Below, one piece after another: positions 1 through 8,382 of a stretch of DNA of 17,439 nucleotides. The stretch spans positions 219,690-237,128 of the forward strand of contig BCKQ01000005.1 of the NCBI GenBank assembly GCA_001600695.1, in the 5' to 3' direction. Origin of the DNA: Ascoidea asiatica JCM 7603 (taxonomy: Eukaryota > Fungi > Ascomycota). The notes under the pieces were generated by a model. The model was not told the DNA's origin. It saw only the letters and a list, made by a program, of their open reading frames with translations, and searched no databases. Position numbers and translations under genes: made by a program. Numbering within the stretch: position 1 is the first letter of the stretch; every line of letters starts with the position of its first letter.

Positions 1-49
1 TCTTTTACATTAAATTTTTTATGATTGTTTGATTCAATTTTGGTTAAGA

Positions 50-77
50 AAAGTGCAATTAAGGAAAGTGCAATTAA
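50..77 (+). repeat. 13-bp direct repeat AAAGTGCAATTAA in the peptidase promoter
   Basis: Copies at 50-62 and 65-77. Confidence 0.8.
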
Positions 78-150
78 ATCAAATTATCTCCTGGAAAGTA
101 CAGTACAGGCTAAATCAAGTAAAAGTTAAGTTAAAAAAATTTCATCTAAA

Positions 151-185
151 TAAAATTCAATAAAATTCAATTCAATTCAATTCAA
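151..185 (+). repeat. (TAAAATTCAA)2 overlapping (TTCAA)4 immediately before the peptidase ATG
   Basis: Read directly from the sequence. Confidence 0.85.
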
Positions 186-186
186 A

Positions 187-2226
187 ATGTCAATCAAAAT
201 AATCAATTTTAAACCTTTAGAGACAGTTCACTCTCAAGTTATAATAATTCATGGACAATGCTCAAATTCATCCGGTATTATTGTAGTTTCTTTTCAGGGA
301 GATTTATTTCCACGTCAATTTTTTGAAGTTAATTCTCATTATTTCAAAGCTTTAATATATTTACAACCTGGTCTAACTGATCTTACTTTTTCACATTATT
401 CAGGATCTTTTAAAAATAAAAGTCCAATATTTGATGATAAAAATCCATTATTTAAACCAAGTTTTCTCAATTTTCAATTAAATTATAATTGTTTAAATTG
501 TAATCCACCTGTTAATTTATGTATTCTAGTTGCAAAAGACTCACCATATTTATATGATTGTCCAAACTGGAAAAAAAATTTAGAAGGTAATAATTTAGAA
601 CTTGCAATTAAGAAACTTAGAATGGGTGCTGTTTTAATGCAAGCTTTTACTCATGAACAAATGGTTAGAAATGGATTTGGAAATAGATGTTTTAGATTTG
701 AAACTGAATGGGGAATTGATACATTATCAAAATTTGAACCAAATTTAAGTTCAATAAGAAGTAGAATAAAAATTCATATAATTAAAAGTGAATTTACTAT
801 TAAAGAAATTAGAGATCCAGATATTGCACAACAAAATCCAAAAGGTAAAAATACTGGAAAATTATTTAATATTGCTTTAAAAGAACTTGAAAGATATGGA
901 TATCCATTTATTGAAGAATTAAAACCTGTTCAAGCAGCAGTAATGTTTTTAGATACACATTGGGATTTTGAAAAAAAATTAATACTTGGACATGCTGCAT
1001 TAGGTGGAGGTACTGATAAAATTAAATTGGCAATATTTGGATCTCATGGATTATGGTCATGGCCTTCATGTTTTGAAGAATTATATTTATGTTTTTCAGA
1101 ATGTGCAAAAACTGATATAAAAGAAGTTGCAAATGATTGTAATGAATGTGGCACGGCATGGGAAACTGTTAATATAAGTATGGGAGCATTTTTACATGAA
1201 ATTGGACATTTATTAGGATGTCCTCATCAATCATCAGGAATTATGCTTAGAGATTATGTTAAATTTAATAGATCATTTATGACAAAAGAATTTCCCAGTA
1301 GTAGAACTAAAAGTAATGGATATGAACCAGTTTTAGTTAAAGATGAATGTGGATGGAATAAATTAGATTTAATTAGATTTTTATATCATCCAAGTTTTAA
1401 ATTACCAATTGATGGTATGGATAAAACAATTATTCAACATCCAGAATTATATTCTAATAAAGGAACATTTTATCCAATTGGAAATGGAAATATAATTTTA
1501 AAATCTCAAACTGGTATATATTTAATTGAATTAGAAATAGATGGTAAAGATGATGCACATAATAGACCTGTTTATATTGAATATTATCCAAAACATTTAA
1601 ATGGAACAGGACCACAAAAAGAAATATTATTAAATTATCAAGCATTAGAAAATATGTTACCAAATGAATTTAAAGGACATAAATTAAATATAAAATTTCA
1701 TTCAGTTGGACAAAATGAAAATAAAATTGAAGATTTTTTAAAAATTTCAAATAATGAAAATAATAGAATTATTGGAGATTTTGGATTAGGTAGAGGTAGT
1801 CTAATAGGATATAAATCAGGATTTTTAGGTAAAAATAATGAAAATAATGAAATTAATGAAAAATCATTAACTTTAATTCCAAAACATTGTAAATTAATTC
1901 GTGTTTATTATAAAAAAGCATTAGATGGAATTGAATTTTTTGAAAACATGAGAAGTAGTAATATCTTAGGAAAAAAAACTGAAAATTTTAGTGATTTTGA
2001 ATTATTTGAAAATGAAAAAATTCAATCATTTAATGTTAGATGTGGTGCATGGGTTGATGCAATTCAAATTGTTACAACTTCTGGTAGAAAAAGTGAAATG
2101 TTCGGAAATAAAACTGGAGGAAGCTTAGGAGAATTAGGATGCCCCGAAGGATTTGAAATCATTGGTTTATTCTGTAGGATGGGACTGTGGGTAGATGGAA
2201 TTGGAAGCTGTTTTGTCAGTAAATGA
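187..2226 (+). CDS. Putative zinc metallopeptidase with C-terminal jacalin-like lectin domain (S. cerevisiae YIL108W family)
   Basis: 679-aa ORF. It has the HEIGH zincin motif (AFLHEIGHLLGCPHQ), the family-typical GHAALGGG...LAIFGSHGL..WP and ANDCNECGT.WE segments, and C-terminal jacalin-like strands (VRCGAWVDAIQIVTTSGRKS; GxWVDGIG). It lies next to SEC24, as YIL108W does in S. cerevisiae. Confidence 0.88.
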   Translation: MSIKIINFKPLETVHSQVIIIHGQCSNSSGIIVVSFQGDLFPRQFFEVNSHYFKALIYLQPGLTDLTFSHYSGSFKNKSPIFDDKNPLFKPSFLNFQLNYNCLNCNPPVNLCILVAKDSPYLYDCPNWKKNLEGNNLELAIKKLRMGAVLMQAFTHEQMVRNGFGNRCFRFETEWGIDTLSKFEPNLSSIRSRIKIHIIKSEFTIKEIRDPDIAQQNPKGKNTGKLFNIALKELERYGYPFIEELKPVQAAVMFLDTHWDFEKKLILGHAALGGGTDKIKLAIFGSHGLWSWPSCFEELYLCFSECAKTDIKEVANDCNECGTAWETVNISMGAFLHEIGHLLGCPHQSSGIMLRDYVKFNRSFMTKEFPSSRTKSNGYEPVLVKDECGWNKLDLIRFLYHPSFKLPIDGMDKTIIQHPELYSNKGTFYPIGNGNIILKSQTGIYLIELEIDGKDDAHNRPVYIEYYPKHLNGTGPQKEILLNYQALENMLPNEFKGHKLNIKFHSVGQNENKIEDFLKISNNENNRIIGDFGLGRGSLIGYKSGFLGKNNENNEINEKSLTLIPKHCKLIRVYYKKALDGIEFFENMRSSNILGKKTENFSDFELFENEKIQSFNVRCGAWVDAIQIVTTSGRKSEMFGNKTGGSLGELGCPEGFEIIGLFCRMGLWVDGIGSCFVSK

Positions 2227-2287
2227 ATTAAAAAAACTTATCACGAATAATCAATAAAACCACAAAAATCTGATCGAATTAGATCAG

Positions 2288-2354
2288 TTTTTTTTTTTTG
2301 TTTTTTAATTTCTAAAATCTGAATAAAAAATTCGCGTTTGCTTTTCTTACGCGT
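2288..2354. promoter_or_regulatory. Poly(dT) tract plus two CGCG/MCB-like boxes (likely nucleosome-depleted SEC24 promoter core)
   Basis: T12 at 2288-2299, TTCGCGT at 2331-2337, ACGCGT at 2349-2354. CGCG is otherwise rare in this window. Confidence 0.45.
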
Positions 2355-2421
2355 ATATTTTCATTTCATTCACAAGCCACCTTTAAATCCATATTTAGAT
2401 TTAAATAGTCTTTGCAGAGAA

Positions 2422-2431
2422 GTCATGTGAC
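2422..2431 (-). promoter_or_regulatory. RTCACATG E-box upstream of SEC24
   Basis: GTCATGTGAC on + (GTCACATGAC on -). Confidence 0.4.
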
Positions 2432-2580
2432 CACCCGTGATCTCTGCTACTGCAGCCTTGCAGTTCACCACCATTCACCATATTATTCAACATGGTAAGT
2501 CACAGTAGTAATACAGAGCAGTATTTCAGTACTGGGAGTGATAAACCGACTGCTTCATAATTACTGCTCTGCCGGTACAG

Positions 2581-2650
2581 TAACTAACTAACTAACTAAC
2601 TAAACATACATACATACTTACTTACTTACTATTATTATTATTATTATTAT
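2581..2650 (+). repeat. Compound microsatellite (TAAC)5-(ACAT)3-(ACTT)3-(TAT)7
   Basis: Read directly from the sequence. Confidence 0.95.
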
Positions 2651-2974
2651 GTTAACTGCATTACTTGTTCAGTTGCACCAGATTCACTTTTCAAACAGAT
2701 ATCATAGAACTATCCCATAGAACTCACTTCCAACTCTCGATCTTACGTATCAATAACACTGTCCTAAGTGAAATAATTTATAATTTATCTATCAAATTAA
2801 CATTTGATTCATTTTGATATATTTTAATTCAATCTTTATTACAATTCATATTTTATTACTTATTACTTATTATTTGTTATTTGTTATTTATATTTAAATT
2901 TATATTTGTTTTAATCTTTATTTAATCAAGCTAATAATATCATTATTTCCATTTAATCTTAATTTTTTTATAAA

Positions 2975-4099
2975 ATGTCAAATAGAAGACGTCATTATCC
3001 AACTGCTCAATATGGTTATTCTCAGAATGGTGCTCCTTCTGCTCAAGGTTTACCTCCAAATTTATTACCAATGGATCAACAAGCACAACAAGGAGTTTAT
3101 AATCAATATCAGCAACAGTCTAGTGTACCTATGAGTGGTGGAATTCCAATTACTGGTGCTCCATTAGGTGTAACTCCTCTAAATCCTCAAATTCAAGGTC
3201 AACCTCAAACTTCTCAATATTATAATCAACAACCTGTAGATCAATTAACTCAATCTTTTAGTGATATGAGTATGAATGGTCAAATTCCACCTTCTTCTGG
3301 TACTCCATATGGGGGTTCTCCTTATGGTCAACAATCTCAAGCTACAGGTATGATGCCAATGCAACAAAATGTTGGTTCAATTATGCCAATGAATCAATTA
3401 TATACAACTGATTTATTAAGAGATTTACCACCTCCAATATCTGATTTATCTTTACCCCCCCCTCCAATTATTTTACCAAGTAATGCAACTCTTATTCCAA
3501 ATCCAAATTCAAATGCTTCTCCTGAATATTTTAGATCAACTTTAAATACAATTCCAACAACTAATAGTTTATTAAAAAAATCAAAATTACCTTTAGGTGT
3601 AGTTATCAAACCTTATATTTCTTTACATGATATTCAAAAACCAATTCCAGTTGTTAATGATACAATTATTGCAAGATGTCGTCGTTGTCGTGCTTATATT
3701 AATCCTTTTGTTCAATTTTTACAAAATGATAGAAGATGGCGTTGTAATTTATGTAATTTACAAAATGATGTTCCAAGTGCTTTTGATAATAATGAAGATG
3801 GTAGATCAAGATATGAAAGAGAAGAATTAAATCACGCTATTGTTGATTTTGTTGCTCCTTCTCAATATATGGTTAGAACTCCTGAGCCTTTAGTTTATGT
3901 TTTTGTTATTGAAGTTTCTGTTCATGCTGTTAAATCTGGTTTAGTCGCAACTGCAACAAGAACAATTTCCGAAGCTTTAGATAAAATTCCAAATTCAAAT
4001 GGTTTAACAAGAGTTGCAATTATTGCTGTAGATTCTTCTTTACATTATTTTAAAATTCCTGAAAAATCAAAATCTACAAATAATAATGGTGAAAATTCC

Positions 4100-4132
<33 letters not shown>

Positions 4133-5788
4133 ACAGCTAATCAACCTCAAATGTTAGTTGTATCTGATCTTGATGAACCTTTTCTTCCATGTCCAGATGG
4201 TTTACTTGTTCGTTTAGATCAATGTCGTGAACAAATCGATAAATTACTAGAAAATTTTAATGAAATGTTCGTTAATAATTTAAATCCAAATTTTGCTCTT
4301 GGACCTGCTTTAAAATCCGCTCATAAACTTGTTCAAGCTTTAGGTGGTAAAATTGAAGTTATAGGTTGTTCTTTACCAAATTTAGGAATTGGTAAATTAA
4401 ATATAAGAGAAGAAGAATCTGTTAGTGGAAAACCAAATGAAGCTAAAGCTTTAATGTCTGCTGCAAATTCTTTTTATAAAAGTTTCGCTGTTGAATGTAA
4501 TAAAGTTCAGATAACTGTTGATATGTTTTTATGTTCAACTTCATATCAGGATATTGCAACTTTAGCCAATTTACCTAGATATACTGCTGGCCAAACTAAT
4601 TTTTATCCTGCTTGGTCTGTTTTAAAAGAAGAAGATGTTATAAAATTTTCAAAAGAATTAACAAATCATTTATCAATGGAAATTCAATTAGAAGCTGTTA
4701 TGAGAGTTAGAGGTTCAAATGGTATAAGAATGTCCTCATTTTATGGTAACTTTTTTAATAGATCTTCTGATTTATGCTCTTTTCCTAGTTTTCCAAGAGA
4801 TCAAAGTTATGTTATTGAAATGGCTTTAGAAGATAATATCAGTAAGCCATTTGTTTGTTTACAAGCTGCTGTTTTACATACCACTGTTCATGGTCAAAGA
4901 AGAATAAGGGTTCTTAATTTAGCACTTCCAACAACTACCAATATTAATGACGTTTATGCTTCTGCAGATCAATTGGCAATTGCAAATTTTTATGCTCAAA
5001 AAGCAGTTGAAAAAGTTTTTTCTAATTCATTCCAAGATGCAAGAGATATGCTTCAAAAACATATGATAGATATTTTACAAGTTTACAAAAAAGAATGTGT
5101 TCAAAGGAATCTTGGATCTTCATCACCTTTACAATTGAGTACTAATTTGAGAATGTTACCTTTATTAATTCATGGTTTAACAAAAAACATTGGTTTTAGA
5201 CAGGGAAGAGTTCCATCTGATCATAGGGCTGCGGCATTAAATTTTATTGGATCGGCACCTTTACCAAGATTAATTAAAAGTATATATCCAAGTGTGTATA
5301 GTTTACATGATATGCCAGATCAAAGTGGTTTACCAGATGAGGAAACTGGTGAAATTCTTTTACCTCCACCTGTTAATGCTAGTGCTAGTGTTTTAGAAAG
5401 ATTTGGATTATATTTAATTGATAATTCTTCTACGTTATTTTTATGGGTTGGTGGCGAAGCAATGCCAAATTTGATTGAAGATACATTTGGTGTAAATGAT
5501 ATAACTACAATTCCAATTGGTAAAACAGAATTACCAAATTTACCAGATTCTCCTTTCAATCAAAGAATTAGAAATATTATTGAAAAAATTAGAGATGATT
5601 GTTCTGTCATTATATGGCAATGCTTATATGTTGTAAAAGGTGCTTCTTCATCTGAAGCAATATCGCAGAATAGAGAAATTGCAGCCTTAAGAATGTGGGC
5701 CTCGTCTGATTTTGTTGAAGATAGATCACCAAATTCACCTAATTATAGAGAATTCTTAGGTTCATTAAGAGAAAAAATACCAAATTAA
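2975..5788 (+). CDS. SEC24: COPII coat cargo-adaptor subunit Sec24
   Basis: 937-aa ORF. N-terminus MSNRRRHYPTAQY followed by a Q/P-rich region, MNQLYTTDLL..LPPPISDLSLPPPP, zinc finger RCRRCRAYINPF...WRCNLC, vWA trunk, EAVMRVRGS..GNFFNRSSDL beta-sandwich, helical and gelsolin-like C-terminal domains. Confidence 0.97.
4100..4132 (+). repeat. (GAT)11 coding microsatellite giving a poly-Asp tract in Sec24
   Basis: 11 perfect in-frame GAT units. Confidence 0.95.
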
Positions 5789-6304
5789 ACTTAGTAAGCA
5801 AACTTTAATGAATTTCGAAACTAATAGGGGCCTTATTTTTGTATCCTTCAAAAATATATTATGTGATATACCCGAAATATCTTCTAATTTGCTTATTGTG
5901 AGTTTTTATTGTTGAAAGTTGATCATTACCATTTTGGGAATCTACAGCTAAATATTGCGCATTTATATTTCTCATTGTATACTTTTTTTAGTTTCTTGAT
6001 AGTTTCTTGTTATATCTAAGGTCTGTTACTCTTTTTATTTATAGTTTTATATATTTCAATTCATGTTCAAAGTTTGATCAATTTATTCTTTTTTTTTCTA
6101 TCAATTTTTTGTAGTTAAAATCTATTTTTCTCTTCGAAGTTTCTTTCTCAAAGAAACCGAGTAAATGAGTTTTTAAAAATAGATTGAAGTATTTGAGTAG
6201 TCTAAGATTTAATGATAATGTTATCCCGATTCTACAGGCGTTAATGATTTGTAAAAAACCACTTGGTTTCAAATATTGGCTACTATACCGTAATTCAAGT
6301 AGTA

Positions 6305-6314
6305 GTCATGTGAT
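6305..6314 (-). promoter_or_regulatory. RTCACATG E-box upstream of the I9 inhibitor gene
   Basis: GTCATGTGAT on + (ATCACATGAC on -). Confidence 0.4.
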
Positions 6315-6652
6315 CTGTAAATGCTTTGAATATTTTGTTTTGGTTGAAAGTCATGTCAGCCTTCATTTTCAAGTGAATCAAGGAAATAAACTTAAATAAT
6401 CTGTAATAAGTCAAGAAAATTATTATGAATAAATAATTCATCGAATTTGCTCAGATATTATTGTAACTTTTGGCTTCTACAAATATTTTTTGACCCTTCA
6501 AAATTGAAGTGAGTTTATATAATTATAACTGCTATTTCTTTATTTAAAATATTACTTCTTAAATCAATCAATCTTTTAGAAATTTTTCAATTGCAAACTT
6601 TCAGAAAAGTAGTTTCAAATAAAAATAAGACAATTAAAAAGATCTATTAGAA

Positions 6653-6955
6653 ATGGTTTCTTTAAATTCTTTAAACAAAATAGTTTTTTCATTATCTCTT
6701 TTAAATGGTGCTTTAGCCTCTAATTATTTGGTTATGTTTCAAAAAGGCGATAGAACTCCAGAGAGTCGTATTCAAGCTGTCAAAACTGCTTTAACAAGTT
6801 TAGGAGGCGAAATTACTTATGAATATTCTAGTATTCTAACAGGCTTTACAATTAGTTTACCTGATGATTCAGTAACGACTTTTGAAGAAAATATTGAGAG
6901 TGAAGAATGGCCTGTATTTGTTGAAAAGGATTCTACCGTTACTGCTTTATCATAG
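6653..6955 (+). CDS. Secreted/vacuolar peptidase inhibitor I9 (subtilisin-propeptide-like; YHR138C/PBI2 family)
   Basis: 100 aa. Hydrophobic signal peptide ending in ALA, then the I9 pattern YLVMF...LGGEITYEYSSILTGFTISLP...FVEKDSTV. Good AAA-ATG start context. Confidence 0.85.
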   Translation: MVSLNSLNKIVFSLSLLNGALASNYLVMFQKGDRTPESRIQAVKTALTSLGGEITYEYSSILTGFTISLPDDSVTTFEENIESEEWPVFVEKDSTVTALS

Positions 6956-7410
6956 TTCTAGACTGGATCAATTTGGAGTACTTTTTAAAATTATTCAAAG
7001 CATTTTTCAAATTTTGAAATTCAAATTATAATCATAACATTTTCATTTCATAGTATTAATTAGTTTCTAGAATTTTGAATTCCTTGTTTTTGGTTTTATG
7101 GTTTTTGTCGTTTATTCTGAAAAAAGTATCCTTGGCTTTTAATACTTTTTTTCTTCTTTTTATAGTTTCTATCGATTGGTCTTTATTTATCCATACTGGT
7201 CTTTTATTAACCCATTTTTCTTTATAATAAAATTGAATAATATTGCTTTTGAGTTCGAACGATTTTTTATTGTATTTTTTTCTTTGATTGCTTTTTCATT
7301 TTGTGTAGGAATGATACCTAGAAAAGTCTGTCTGACTCAAAAATTATTTCGTAAAAAAGTATTTCAATAAAAAGATAAAAATTATTTACTTAAGATATAA
7401 ATAAGAATTA

Positions 7411-8006
7411 CTAATCACGCTCTAAATTTATGTTATCTCCAAATTTTGCATATAATTTACTTTTCAATTCTGCCAATTTTTCATCAATTACTTCCATTTT
7501 ATTTTCAATTTCATCTATTGATTTTTCTAACTGCTCATTATCTTTCTCTAATCTCTCATTGACTTCTTCCAAACTCATGTATACAAATGTGTCACCTATT
7601 TTATATTGGTATGGATTTCCTACTAGAGATATACTTTCTTTTTTATTTCCTGATTCACTATCTTCTATTTCTTCTTCTAAGACAAGCTCATCTAAATTAT
7701 CATTTTCTAATTCGAGCATTTCGAGATCCATTGCTACATCATCCAAATATTCTTTTTCTTGCTTAGCCTCTTTTAAATCAATTGATAATATATCTTTTTT
7801 CTGAATCAAAGTAGAAAACTCATTTATTTTTTTTTGGTCCTCCCATAATACCTCCACGTTATTTTTTCTTCCAGCTGCTAACTAAGCAAAAAAAAAAAAA
7901 ATGTTAGAAGCCTATAAATTCAATAATTCATGAGAATGAAAATCTCAGTACTTGTAAAAGTCTCAGGATTTGTATAGTAAATAGTGGTATAACATACCAT
8001 CTGCAT
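7411..8006 (-). CDS. GIM3: Prefoldin subunit 4; two exons (8006-7998 and 7881-7411), 159 aa
   Basis: Exon 2 encodes EVLWEDQKKINEFSTLIQKKD...KQEKEYLDDV...YKIGDTFV...LKSKLYAKFGDNINLER, the Gim3/PFDN4 signature. The ORF track begins at a GTG. The true start is ATG CAG ATG (8006-7998), spliced in frame to TTA GCA GCT GGA, giving MQMLAAGRKNNVEVLWEDQ. Confidence 0.93.
7882..7997 (-). other. Spliceosomal intron in GIM3 (116 nt, phase 0)
   Basis: 5' splice site GTATGT (7997-7992), branch site TTCTAAC (7909-7903), poly-T tract, 3' splice site TAG (7884-7882). Splicing restores the reading frame. Confidence 0.9.
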
Positions 8007-8382
8007 TTTGACCTATTTTTTTTTTTAGTTGAACTGCTTATCTAATATCTCAATGATACTAATATCTTCAAATGTTTTAATTGAATAGATCCCAAAGTTT
8101 TATTGTATTCCTTTCTTGCTGATAGAACTATAATGTTATTGATTGAGTATCTCAATGCTAATTTTCATACTATAATAATAAATAATCACGCTTACAAGTT
8201 CATTGAAAAAAGGCTTTACGGTACTGTACGGGTAGTAATTTTTTTTGAGACTATTCAAATTAAACCTTGGTTATTTCATGTGTAATATAACGTATGAGCT
8301 AGAAAATCAGAAAGTTTTCATTCAAGATTTTTATGAATTTATTTTGAAATATACAAGAGTGAACTAACTTTCTATCCTCAAA

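Noticed and set aside
2270-2299. Hairpin CTGATC/GATCAG plus T12 resembling a bacterial intrinsic terminator
   Set aside because: The locus is eukaryotic. A 6-bp stem beside a poly(dT) tract is explained by chance and promoter architecture.
2495-2672. TPP riboswitch, SECIS or C/D snoRNA in the SEC24 upstream region
   Set aside because: No CTGAGA/ATACC TPP core. The minus-strand ATGAA...TGAA lacks a paired helix II. No RTGATGA box with suitable spacing.
2492-2988. Upstream ATG spliced directly into the SEC24 coding frame using GCTAAT at 2930
   Set aside because: The first AGs after it (2985, 2988) give an out-of-frame product, and the ATG at 2975 already yields the conserved N-terminus.
7430-7804. 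124-aa + strand ORF
   Set aside because: Ser/Phe-rich antisense shadow of Glu/Lys-rich GIM3.
6078-8285. Intergenic short ORFs at 6078, 6184, 7176 and 8103
   Set aside because: Several have non-ATG starts, AT-driven composition and no motifs.
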